Below, piece by piece: positions 23,881-35,036 of a stretch of 64,000 bases of DNA. This stretch comes from Podarcis erhardii. Taxonomy: Eukaryota. Position 1 is the first letter of the stretch. The number at the start of each line of letters is the position of its first letter. The notes under the pieces were generated by a model. The model made no database searches. It worked only from the letters and a program-made list of their open reading frames with translations, and was not told the DNA's origin. The stretch lies in NCBI GenBank assembly GCA_964252035.1, contig OZ176209.1; one strand, 5' to 3'. Position numbers and translations under genes: made by a program.

Positions 23881-24593
23881 GTAAGCTCTTGTATGATATT
23901 AAGTGGGCAAGTAAAAAAACAGCAGATTATCCTTTAGAAGGCAGAGTCAAATATTTGTCTCATGGCCAATTGCCTTGGAGAGATTAAAACTGTAATGAAA
24001 TCCTTCCTTCTTACCTGAGGATAAGCAAGGAAAGTTCACTGTTAGCAGAACTGAAGAAGCTAAATGGCAGTCAGCATAACTCCTTTCCATGCTACCTTGC
24101 ATTTCAAACATGAAAGCTGGTTGTTGATTTCTCCTCCTTTTCCCTGGATTTAATGGTATTGCAAGGCCGAAAGGAAAGGCCCCATTACTGGAAACAGTAT
24201 TATTTCACTTCCTTCACAATCTTTTATAAATCCTTGTATCTCTCAGAAATATCCATAGAATCTCCAACACCAAGCCCCAGAGGTTTTGGTCTCAAAGAGC
24301 AGCTCTTAAGAACGGATTAGCAGTACCCAGATCACTAAACCTATGAAACAGAGGCTCTCTTTCGTTCATATACCTCAAACAGTCTCATATAACATGGTCA
24401 GATGTTTCTTCCACCCCACAAAGTTCACAACAACCAGAGTCAATGCCTCCAGCCTTACAGAGACCACTCTAAAGAGCACAATGCCTCGTCAAAATTATGA
24501 ACAGACTGAACCTTTTTCTAATATCAAAGCAGGTTGTCACAGCAAGTGTTTTATCTGTCTTGTTACTGAGCAGATATGTCTTATGAATTGCAG

Positions 24594-24693
24594 GTTAGTG
24601 TTGCAAAAATAAAGAGGTCTGCAAAATCGAAGAAAGGGGAGAGTGGCTTCTCATCGCCAGAACCTGATAATCAGGACTCCTCTGGTAGTGAAG
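24594..24693 (+). CDS. OSBPL8: Coding exon 19 (VSVAKIKRSAKSKKGESGFSSPEPDNQDSSGSE)
   Basis: TTGCAG| acceptor, |GTAAGT donor, 100 nt. SSPEPDxQDSSGSE matches ORP8. Confidence 0.94.
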
Positions 24694-24957
24694 GTAAGTT
24701 CACACTATCCATTTTTCTTTTCGGATAGAATGCAGTAGTAGTTACATGCCTTTACTTCGTTCTCCTTTAGACTAAAGAGGTTGTGTTGTAAAACAGTGCC
24801 TTTATTTTAGGATTGGGAACAGTTTTTTTGTCCTGAGTTATGAAAGGCAGAAAAAGAGAAAAGTTGCGTGATTTTGTTTGGTGAACTAAAAGCATTTGCC
24901 TTCGTTAAAGATTTCCATTCTTTAACCTATCTTGCATTATTTGAATTACTTCTGAAG

Positions 24958-25060
24958 CGCAACACAAACACAGTGCAAGAATCCGAAAGAAGACGCTAGA
25001 CCTTGGTGAACTGCAAAGTGCCATTGACTCTATAAGAGAGACGCAAGAAGACATTAGAAG
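24958..25060 (+). CDS. OSBPL8: Coding exon 20, coiled coil (QHKHSARIRKKTLDLGELQSAIDSIRETQEDIR)
   Basis: CTGAAG| acceptor, |GTGTGT donor, 103 nt, phase 1/2. Confidence 0.92.
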
Positions 25061-25358
25061 GTGTGTATTTTTGCAAGTTTTTTCTGTCTGTTTTTACTGC
25101 GAGTGCTTTGTTCAAAATAAAAAACACCACTTATTTATATGTGAATCAACTGCTAAATAAATACATTATATCAAATCATCCTCGTAGGTCATCAGTTCTC
25201 AAAGGTGTAAATCAGACTTCTTTAGTGAGGCATGACCGGTTTCTTAAATGAATGCAATATAATCTCCGAACTTTCTTTAACCAGTTTCTTTGTACTTGTG
25301 GAGTGGACCAGGAATTCACTAGTTTTATTGTGTCTCTCTACCTGTGTTTTGTTCAGTA

Positions 25359-25669
25359 CAGTGGTGCCTCGCAAGACGAAAAGAATCCGTTCCGCGAGTC
25401 TCTTCGTCTTGCGGTTTTTTCGTCTTGCGAAGCAACCCTATTAGCGGATTAGCGCTATTAGCGGCTTAGCGGCAAAGTGGCTATTAGCTGCTTAGCGGCT
25501 TAGAAAAAGGGGGGGGAGAGAGAAAAATTGCAAGACTCGCAAGACGTTTTCGTCTTGCGAAGCAAGCCCATAGAGAAATTTGTCTTGCGAAGCGCCTCGA
25601 AAAACGGAAAACCCTTTCGTCTAGCGGGTTTTTCGTCTTGCGAGGCATTCGTCTTGCGGGGCACCACTG
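25359..25669. mobile_element. Young Tc1/mariner (Tigger/pogo-like) MITE
   Basis: TA TSD. 22-bp TIRs CAGTGGTGCCTCGCAAGACGAA / TTCGTCTTGCGGGGCACCACTG with 1 mismatch. CpG-rich, internal TTAGCGG repeats. Confidence 0.92.
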
Positions 25670-26519
25670 TAGTAGGAAAATTCCATGTTTGCTTCATGGA
25701 GTACTTGTCTCAGGTGCCTCAGTGCATCCTTTAGATCTGCACAATATTCATCCTCTGTTTTGTTTCTTGTGTTTGTCTTGGCCAAAACAAGACAACATTC
25801 GATCATAAGATCTCTTATGTTCTTAAGAATAGTTATCAGGCATTTTTGTCTATGGCATGAGAGTTAATATCTAGGTCTAATCTTCCACATTGAAGAAGTG
25901 GATTACCAGAAATTTCTATATTATTATTATTATGGTAGATTAACTAGTTGATAGATCTACTACTGAAACTCATTAAAGCTTCAAAGACCAAAAATGTGAC
26001 TCTGTTTTAGCTTTCTAAATAAGGAGTCGATCTAATGTGTGTTTCTCGCCAAATCCCTTTGAAATTAATGGCAACTGTATAGGAGCATTGCTTAGAGGAT
26101 AGTCATGTGGTATTTCTTTTTGTTCAGTTTTTACCATCCCTAAAACAGTTGTCTTTTGCTTTACTCATGCCCCAAATAGCCAAATATATGCTTTTGCAAA
26201 AGTTACTTTGGAGCAGAAATTTCCAAATATTTCACTGTTGGAGCTTGTAGAAGTTGGGCCCACATATTTGTGCCTGCTCTAAAGTGAACCCCACCCACTT
26301 TGGTCCCCCATTTTTAGAACTTGGCTTTCATCCCGAGGCTCTAATTGTGGCCTCTGATGCTGGTGAAAACCAGTACTGTAGGAATTTCTAAAATAGCTGG
26401 AACAAATCCTGATCTAATTGCCATGTATTTAGTATGTGATATTTCAATAACTTCTGTGGTGCTGATTTCAGAATTGGCAACCTTTTGAATTCACCTCTTT
26501 TGTTCATACATTTTTGCAG

Positions 26520-26655
26520 AGACATCACAGCTCTAAGAACCAGAATGACTTCAAGCTCACAGACTCCAGATAATAACTTCTTTAACTTCAAGCACTATGT
26601 CTTCATTTTACTGATGATTCTCCTGCAGCTTGCAATCAATTACTGGTTTAAATAG
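26520..26655 (+). CDS. OSBPL8: Terminal coding exon with TM tail anchor (DITALRTRMTSSSQTPDNNFFNFKHYVFILLMILLQLAINYWFK*)
   Basis: TTGCAG| acceptor, TAG at 26653-26655. The hydrophobic YVFILLMILLQLAINYWF followed by K resembles the ORP8 C-terminus. Confidence 0.94.
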
Positions 26656-27992
26656 AATGACTGGACAGATGAATATATGAAGTGGAAATATCATGTTCTT
26701 CGTGGGACCATATTTTCATCTTGGTTTGGCATCAAATAAGGCAATATTATCTAAAACACAGGGACACAGAAGATTTAAGTCTTGGCCTTATAAGGCTGTG
26801 CTCACATGGAGCAATGTCCGTTATATTCCGTCCTATCCAGATGACATGGACAATGCTTACATACCAGTACCTTTCTCTTTGCATCTTTAAAACGCTGGAT
26901 TACTGCCTTGCATATTCTAAAGTGTTGTAGACTGCTCTGATAAATATCAGTACAGAATATAGCAGTCTGGGAATTCAAAAACACATATCTTTCTTCACTG
27001 TAATCATATAATCTCCAGTGGTCATATTAACAAAACAAGTGAATTCTAACCTAAAACGTCTTCAGAGTTTAGTGGGAATTATGGTCTTCATACATTCATT
27101 AGGAAAATTATATCCAGTGATACTCATTTGGAAACTTAATAGTGGTAAAAAGATTAAACTACTCAGTTGTTCATTGCCATTAAAAGATGTTTACGCAATT
27201 AGTCCAACATTTCATTAATCACACATTTCTGTGACTGTTACTTATCTGCAGTTTTCCTTAGTTTATGAAAATGGAATTCCAATGATCACATTAGTGAATT
27301 TAGGAGAAATACCATTACAACAGTCCAAAGAGAGAGCTTTGTGTGCTCAGCAACATTCAATTCATTTCTTCCCAAACAGCATCGTCTGTTGGCAAATTGC
27401 AAGGTGCTGTATTATACAGTGAACAGTTTCAGAAACTCATTATGTTGAGGTGCAGACAGTGGAAACCGTGGTTACTGTTGGGGTAGAAAAACAGTTCTGT
27501 TTGATACCAGAAAAGACTTTCTAGGGTAATGAAGCATCAGCATGGTTTTCAACAAACATTGGGTTTAATGGAGCCATTTGAGCCATCTGAATGTAATTGT
27601 GTCTGAACAGTTATGCTATAATATACAGTCTTGGGTAGCAACCTCAGCGTTTCAAGAATAAATCCCAGGAGCCAGGTAATTCCCACACAGTGCTGTTTAT
27701 AAACATTCACTTTGAGGGGCCTAGATCTTAGCACTCACAGTAAATGAAAAAAAACCAGTCTTCAAATCTTACTGGATGCTTTCAAATTTCCAAAAGACAA
27801 ATCTGTAGGATGTCCCAATTTTCAGTGATCTTCTTTTACAGCAAATATAAATTCTTTCAATCAGTTCAGCAGTGCAATGTTATATAAGAAGCTGTCAATT
27901 TACTACTTTGGTTAGGTAGTCTAAAACAACTTAAGCAGAGCAAGATATCCTGGATTCAAACCTTTCTGGTTTAATATTTGCATATGTCCAGC

Positions 27993-28110
27993 CCAAGATG
28001 GAGAACCTGTGGCCCTCCAGATGTTGTTGAACTCTTAACTCCCATCATTGCTGGCTGTAAAAGTGAAGAGTTAAGAGTCCAGCAATATTTGGACAGGCTT
28101 CCCATTCTGG
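27993..28110. mobile_element. Fold-back hAT MITE inside the 3'UTR
   Basis: GGAGAACCTGTGGCCCTCCAGATGTTGTTGAACTCTTAACTC ... GAGTTAAGAGTCCAGCAATATTTGGA. Confidence 0.7.
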
Positions 28111-30461
28111 TCTTGCCTGTCTCTCAGGTCTTTCGCTTTTGTTCTGCCTTGTGGACTTTTTGCCAAATCCAAATTTTAAAAATCATCATAAAAATATTTA
28201 TGCTGAGGTTGATGATCTATATGTATTAGTGAGCATTTGGGACAACTAGCTGTTCATACACTGCAATACCCAGTGGTCAAAACTGTTATGTTAACTTGCT
28301 TTCACTGGACTTTCGCCCCTGTCTGCTTAATGTGCATACCTAATATATTCTATGTCTGCCTGCTTGCACATAAGTTCTGTTCATGCATAATTTTTTTGTA
28401 GAGCTGGAAAACATATTCAATTGCTTTATTCTTTGGGACATTTATTTATTTATTTGCTTTTAAGAAAACTTTCTGTGGCAAAGTTAAGTCACAAGAGTCC
28501 TGTCTTCTCCTGTCTCAAATATAAAAAGCACAGCTCTTAAAATTTAAATTCCTGCTTTGCTCCTTTACAGAATTCCTTGGGTGAGCAAAACAAAGGAATT
28601 TATTGCCTGACTAATTTTTTTATACAATGTGGTTGATTATAGGCCTAGTTTGTTCATATATAATATTTAGCTATGTGTATACAACCTTAAATTCCTTCAG
28701 ACCAACTGTTTTCTGCACATAGTTCTAAAAACCTTGATTGTACAGTTTGTAGAACTCTGAAGGCAATGACGTCCCTGTTAATTTTTAGTATTTAAAGCAG
28801 AGCACTTGATTTCTCACTCAGTTGTGTATATTTTATGTACAGAAGTAGAAAATATTCAGAATTGCTTGTTACTGCCATATTTATGGCTGTTTGTTTAAAA
28901 GAAATGCACTATAAGCCTTTAATATGCCATGTAACCATTAACATACCTAAAAGGAAACTAAATGTGTTGGGTGTAAAGTAGTAAATAGAGTTCTGGCAAT
29001 ACACAAAAACTTGTGACTCACGTGTTAGGTTAGTTTTTAACTATTAAGCATCCCTTATAGGAGTACAGCATGCTTCCTTTTCATGAAAAGTTCATTCTAA
29101 CAGCTAATCTGTATGTATCAAAGGATGTTACAGTTCACTGCCCTCCTGTGCCTTTGGGGAAAAACTTCTTGCCAATTCAATGTTAATGAAATGGAATGAG
29201 AGTTAAATACATTCATCTCATCTACCACGATGGTAGTTACTTGCTTTAACAACTACTTTCTTCATGGTTTTTATCCTGTTGTAAATAGAATACTTAACTA
29301 CTAAACTCTTGTGACTGCTATGTTTCTACTGTATCCTCAATTTTTGGGCATCTTTTGAGAGCAGGCCATCAGAAACTTGAGTATTGTAATAGTGCCTTGA
29401 TGGAATTTACACAGAGATGAGGTGTGTTTATGATAACAATGTTGTCAAGGTTGTGCCATATCTATTCATTAAATTTGGAAGTTGCTATATTTCCAATATT
29501 AACTTTCAGACAAACAATTTGAAAAAGATATGGTACATTTATTGAAGAACACATCAAATATTTTTTTTCTTTGAATAACTAGTAATGACTAGGACCCACA
29601 AGATGTCCAGATTTTGGAGTATGTCTTCTTGTACAATGAAGCTGCAATGCTTTGTTTGTGATACTACAAAAATAGCCATAATAAAAATCATAACATCACA
29701 GACAGATTATTTTGGCTTCACTTTGGTTTTCATGGGTCAAAACATTCTGAGAAAATAAACTTTTGTGAACAAAAGTGTGTGGGGGATGTGAGGAGGAAAA
29801 TTACTAAGAATTGAAAGAAAACTAGGTCTCCACTTCTTGATGGAGCTTGTGGAAAAGAACACTTCTAATCAAATAGCTTCCTTGTGTGAACCAAAAAACA
29901 CTTTTAGTGGATTTAAACTTTGGCTCAAATCTGGAAAGCACTTTTAAATATAAAGCATTCTGCTATTCTTGAACTCTTGTTCACATTCTTTAGTTTTTGA
30001 GCTTCACACAGTTCCCACCACATTTATTTTTTTTACTTTAACACATTGCTTGGATTTTTATACTGTTACACTTTTTTAACTGAAAATGGGCTGTTTTACT
30101 AAAGCTGTACAGACCAGTGGTTAATCCAGTGCATACAATATATGTAAGGAAAAGGTAGAAGTTATGTCAGACAATGCGAATGTTAATGCACATATTTTAT
30201 ATAGAGAGAGAGAAGAAAACCCTATTCATGAAAGTTTTTTGTTTCTACATATCATGTAAAGTAGCATTATTATTGCACTGTTTTCTTTTTTAAAAAAAAT
30301 CATGCTGCATGCAGTGTGATAAGAGAAGCAAGTAATTCCTTTAAAAGAAGTGGAAATTGTGTGTTGCATGCTTAAATGTACAGCTGAGTTCCAACTTGTT
30401 TAAAAGGCCATTTGTAAATTTAAAGCTCTACCATTGGTCAATAGTTTTGTACACTTGAAGA

Positions 30462-30472
30462 AATAAAATAAA
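30462..30472 (+). terminator. Polyadenylation signal (two overlapping AATAAA)
   Basis: AATAAA at 30462-30467 and 30467-30472, TGTA elements upstream, GTTGTTTTGT downstream near 30500. Confidence 0.7.
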
Positions 30473-31079
30473 GAGCTGTGATCAAGAACAGTACACTTGA
30501 GTTGTTTTGTATGGCTGAAACCAGCATCTAAAAGTCGTTGCCACTCTTGAGAAGACTCATTTATAATTCAAAGTTAAAATATTGAGTTTAAAAAAAACCC
30601 CTGCTACTACACATTCATATAAAAACTGAAAAGCTACAGTGAAATATTCCTCTTCATTAGACCTCTCCTCCTTGTGCACCCCTACATGAATTAGCCACTA
30701 AGCCACGCTTTAGTTTAGGGTTGATAATTGGTGAAAAGGGGTTCTCGTGCCTTTAAGAGCTGTGTGCCAGGCAGAAATTCAACAGATTAAGCCTTTTCTG
30801 ATACTGAAGCACAATTATCGGTGAAGCTTCAGCCAGGTACTCTCTCATTGTACGTTGCGCCATGCCTTCTTTCTGGGCAGCCATGTTGCATCGAGCCATG
30901 CCATTTTGTGACTGGAGCCCACAGCAGTCTCAAAATTTGAAATGTCCCCACTAGCCCCCAAAAGCTGGCCCATACCTGTCCCAAAGCAAATGGCCCCCCC
31001 ATTGCAAATAAGACCATTCTGGCCCATTATATGCTTTGTAATTTTTCAGCAGAACCATTTCAAAGCCTCCCAACGTGGA

Positions 31080-31310
31080 TGCAGTAGGTACCTCGAGGGG
31101 TCGAGGGGAAAACAAAAGGCCAGCGTTAGAAGTTCCAGTTCTTCAGTGCAGTGCTTGGAGATAATGGCGCCATCTTGCCCACCTCCTCAGCGGCCCCTGG
31201 AACAGAAGTTAACTGGGCTGGAAGACGACAGCGTGGAAGCTGAAGAGCCTGGTTTGTTGTAAAAAGGTTGAAGAATAGGCAATTTGGAAATGTAGTACTC
31301 CGACCTGGCG
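31080..31310. promoter_or_regulatory. Candidate promoter patch with palindromic YY1 motif
   Basis: Locally GC/CpG-enriched. ATGGCGCCAT palindrome at 31164-31173 includes CAAGATGGCG on the minus strand. Confidence 0.4.
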
Positions 31311-31317
31311 GCTGCTG

Positions 31318-31620
31318 CTTTTTTTTTTTAAGTAATTATTTTTATTCAGTTTTTATAACAGCAGTACATTAAATAATAATAACCAGCCTTTGTAACAAAT
31401 TGGATCCCTGAGGAGTTCTCTGCCAAAAAAGTCATGCTATTCTTATACAAGAAAGTAAATCATTACTAACATCGCAAACATCCCTTTGCTTGCTGTTATA
31501 TGATGAGAAACACATAATACTAATCATTTTTTAAATTAAGTAAAATTTAATACAGCCTCTGAAAACAAACCCATAGCATTCGATTATAGCGTCGTTTTAC
31601 ATAATATTAATACAATAACG
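31318..31620 (-). mobile_element. Possible L1/Tx1 3' end
   Basis: Poly-T followed by TTATTTTTATT and AT-rich sequence. No TSD found. Confidence 0.3.
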
Positions 31621-31638
31621 GTCAGAGAAACATATATA

Positions 31639-31692
31639 CAGTGCTTTTTCTGGGGGGATGCAGAGGTGTTCATACCCCTAAACGTTTTGTGA
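31639..31692. mobile_element. hAT MITE end fragment (same family as 34890)
   Basis: CAGTGCTTTTTCTGGGGGG...CATACCCCTAAACGTTTTGTGA matches the reverse complement of the right arm of 34890-35036. Confidence 0.65.
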
Positions 31693-32063
31693 CTCTTAAC
31701 AGGAGAAGAAACTTTTTTAAAATTTTCGTTTCTTTTCTAGCACGGTGAATCGTCACTTCCATTGCTACCCCCGATGATGGCCTCATTCCCTGTCACGGCG
31801 TTTCCTGAATCTCAGACGGAAGCGAGCGTTTAATGTGTGAAGCAGTGTGGAATGTGGATGTGTGGTGTTTTACTGATGAAAGTTTGGCCTCACTGAGGGG
31901 CAATATTTCAATATGAGTAATGCATGTTCTTTGTACTTTTGTCCATTTACTGTATTTATTTTCCCTGACTTGAACTATAAAATGGTGGTTTTCTTGAGTC
32001 AGAATGAAAGTCCCCCAAACATATTTTTTTTAAGAAAAAAACACTGCATATATAATACTAAGA

Positions 32064-32102
<39 letters not shown>
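32064..32102. repeat. (AAT)13 microsatellite
   Basis: Read directly. Confidence 0.97.
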
Positions 32103-32721
32103 TAATTACAATAAATCACCAGTGCTCCCACCATTTTTCAACCCAAGTGCTGCAGTCCTGCTATCCAACCAGCAGGCTTTCAAAGCAAAGGCCTGGGGTG
32201 CAAATCCTGAAGAGACTCCACATTGTCAGGACGGGAGTCTTGTCATCATCAGGCTTTTAAAGGTACAGGAATCCTGCAAAAGGGCGTGGGGTAAAGTTCC
32301 ATGTTTGCCTTTCTTTCCATCCCTACCCCTCATTGTGGAGGGCAAGTGGCATTAATTTAATTTGCTGCAATTGAAAGGATCCTTGAACCCTGCCTGGTAT
32401 TTTGGAGGGTGGCAACATGAGAACGGGCCTTTTGTGGGGTGGCTCCCCATCTGTGCAATGCTCCTCGCAGAGAGAATCACCTGGCTCCATTACATGTCTT
32501 TAGGCGCCAGGAAAACACATTCCTCTTTACCCAGACCTTCAGCCATTAAATAATCTAGGGTCTATTTAAGGGGACGATGACGACTGTTATGATTATTTTA
32601 TTATTATGCTCTTTATTTTTATGCTATTATTACTATGTTCCTTAAAAGATGTTTTAATGTTGCCTACTGCCCTGGGAGCTTTTGATAAAGGGTGGTATAT
32701 AAATTTAATAAACAACAACAA

Positions 32722-32812
32722 GGTAGGTTAGGCTGAGAGGCAGTGACTGGCCCAGGGTCACCCAGTGAGTTTCATTGGGATTTGAACCCTAGTTTATCTA
32801 GTCAGTCCAACT
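32722..32812 (-). mobile_element. Squam3/MIR-like SINE fragment, next to an L2-like tail (~32600-32720)
   Basis: AGGTAGGTTAGGCTGAGAGGCAGTGACTGGCCCAGGGTCACCCAGTGAGTTTCAT..GGGATTTGAACCC. Confidence 0.7.
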
Positions 32813-34039
32813 GATGAAAATAGGCACACTTGAGCAAAACCTTATCTAGCCTGCTCTTTCTGGGAGAGATTTGCCCCCCTCAAAATCAGTCTTAGGCTTT
32901 TCGAATCTGGACTGCAGAAACCAATGAAACACACAAAGAACAATAACATCAAAATAGTACTATGAGGTGTGAAACGACAAGAAAATGTTAATGACTGTGT
33001 AAAAGAAAAGAACGGCTTATCCATTTTAGAGTGTTTGTCAGTAGAGGAGCGCTTTTTGCAAGTCACAGGAAATTAATTGTTCAGGCCTTCCTAGGCTTCT
33101 TAGTGACTGGGACTACTCAGATGGTAGGGGTGCAAATATTATTATTATTAGGCAATGTTTACTATGGAACTACCTCAGGATTTTGCCAGCTTCTACTGCC
33201 TGCTGCTAAGAGAAGTGTTTGGGTTGGTTTGATGAAGCGGCCTGCTCTTCAGCTGCACTCTGTTACTTGCTTTGGGTTGGTATTTCATGTTATTGAGCAA
33301 AGTGCTTGTGCTTTCCAGAGCACTGAAAATGCTACAGAAAATGGTGAGAATGCTAGATATGACTCAGGGCTGTAAGGAGAAAGTCTGAAAATCGCAAGGT
33401 ACGCATGAGAGTTGCGCAGCAGCATTTAGAGAGATACACAATGCCTCTAATTAGTGTTCAAACACATATTCTGCAGTGAGACACTGTTGTGTTAACAGAA
33501 AACAAAACAAAACTAGGAGAGTTAAATCTGCTAGGAAAATAGTATGCGCATACACAGATTATCAGAAGTTCTCCTCTACTGCTCTGTCCTTAGCAGATTT
33601 ACCTGATCCTATGTACTCAGTGCTAAAATAACTGAAAATGGCTGTGTTTGGAAGGCTTACCAAACTATACGGAAGTGTGAATATTTAGCAGGAAAAAGAT
33701 GCCAGTTCCAAACTCACAGCAGCCAGTCCCCAGAAAAATAGCTGGAATGGAAACATCCGTGCACATGCACTTAAAAATAAGAAGATAATTATAAAAGCAA
33801 TATCCAGAGCAATTTCCACAAGGAAGCTCTGTTTTGCCAGTAAGGGGTATCTTTGAGTTGCTGTTAACATTGCTGTCTGTCTTGCTATGCAAAGCAGTGC
33901 CGGTTACCAAACACTGGCAACTGCTGATATGCCGCTAAACATTTGAAAAACATCTAGAGGGTGCAGAAAAAGAACCCTTAGTTAGCTTTGCCTCAAAGTC
34001 AGTGGTGCTCTTGGAAAATAATCAACAGATCTGGACACA

Positions 34040-34420
34040 TGTTACAAAAACATTTTTTTACCTTATTTAGCTTATGTATTTCCCTCACCCGAGCTGTACA
34101 CAAGCAGGCAAAGACTACGCCTGCGTGTAACCTACTGCTTCTCCCTCTTCAGTTCTCGCCTGGTCCTAGGAGACAGTGGAGCAGTGGAGTTGGAGGCGGC
34201 AGGAGGAGGAGGAGGAGTGGAAGCCTTTACACCAGCCTGACCTATCTTTCCCTACTTCTCCACCCATTCTTCACTCTCCAGTCCTGCAGCTTCTCCTGCC
34301 TCTGGCTCTTGTCTCCTGGCTGTCACAGGCTCCCCCAGATCACTGATCCTTTCTTCCAAGTCAGGATCCAACCTCCCTTCTCCCAGTGCCCACTCCTCAG
34401 TATCCTGCCAGTCTCTGACA
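34040..34420 (-). mobile_element. Degenerate Gypsy-like solo LTR
   Basis: Minus strand starts TGTCAGAGACTGG with purine-rich (GAG)n segment; plus strand begins TGTTAC. No TSD. Confidence 0.45.
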
Positions 34421-34580
34421 GGCATTAAAGGGGGGGGACCCCTATCATGCCTGCAGTACCTATCTGCTAATTAATGGCAGGCATCAATGCCCCTTTTGTT
34501 CAGGAGAGGGGGCATTATTTATTTCCTTTTTGAAGGCATGTTATTTGATGAAATATGCTAAACTGATTTGGATTTCCCCA

Positions 34581-34582
<2 letters not shown>

Positions 34583-34618
<36 letters not shown>
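34583..34618. repeat. (GT)18 microsatellite
   Basis: Read directly. Confidence 0.97.
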
Positions 34619-34620
<2 letters not shown>

Positions 34621-34889
34621 CCTATGGAGTTGAGCAATGAAGATTCAGCAGTAGTTTATTATTTATTCATCATTAAAAATTGTATACTGCTATGCCATTA
34701 AAATATATATCAAAGTGGTTCACAGCAATAAAAAATGTAAAACTATACAATAAAAACCTAAATTTAAAATTTAGCAGTATTTATGCCCTGCCTACTAACC
34801 AAAGTTTTTTGAGGCAGCTTACCATATATTTAATACACAATAAAACAGACAACTGTACAGTAGTCACCACAGCAGGGCAAACGTGTATG

Positions 34890-35036
34890 CAGTGCTTTTT
34901 TTCTAAAAAAAAAAAAAATGTTCAGGGGTACTCTCATTTTCCTACTCATACTGAAATACAGCCCTTCAATGAGGCCAAACCTAGGTTCACAAAATGTTTA
35001 AGGGTATGTGTACCCCTGCTTCCCAAAAAAGCACTG
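34890..35036. mobile_element. hAT MITE
   Basis: TIR CAGTGCTTTTTT / AAAAAAGCACTG. 8-bp TSD CGTGTATG / GGTGTATG (7/8). Confidence 0.85.

Larger units (their letters stand above)
521..26655 (+). other. OSBPL8: Complete ORP5/ORP8-subfamily oxysterol-binding-protein-related gene (OSBPL8 or OSBPL8-like); 21 coding exons, 862 aa
   Basis: Exons chained by hand. All introns are GT-AG and phases are compatible. Summed CDS is 2589 nt = 862 aa + stop. Contains PH domain, [25 protein letters not shown], EKxxLEEAQR and C-terminal hydrophobic anchor. Orthology versus paralogy is unresolved. Confidence 0.93.
26656..30490 (+). other. Probable long 3'UTR (~3.8 kb)
   Basis: AT-rich, almost TE-free, rich in TGTA motifs, ending at tandem AATAAA. 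Exact cleavage site is not observable. Confidence 0.7.

Noticed and set aside
25252-25806. Cluster of ORFs over 25250-25800
   Set aside because: They are translations of a palindromic Tc1/mariner MITE.
31770-31880. C/D-box snoRNA (ATGATGG...CTGA)
   Set aside because: Imperfect C box, no terminal stem, and no recognisable rRNA/snRNA antisense element.
33319-33399. BBS10 remnant (ALKML...LD..MTQ resembles BBS10 ALKMLRQLFKDLDLNYMTQ)
   Set aside because: Similarity is limited to a few residues and the flanking frame shows no BBS10 similarity.
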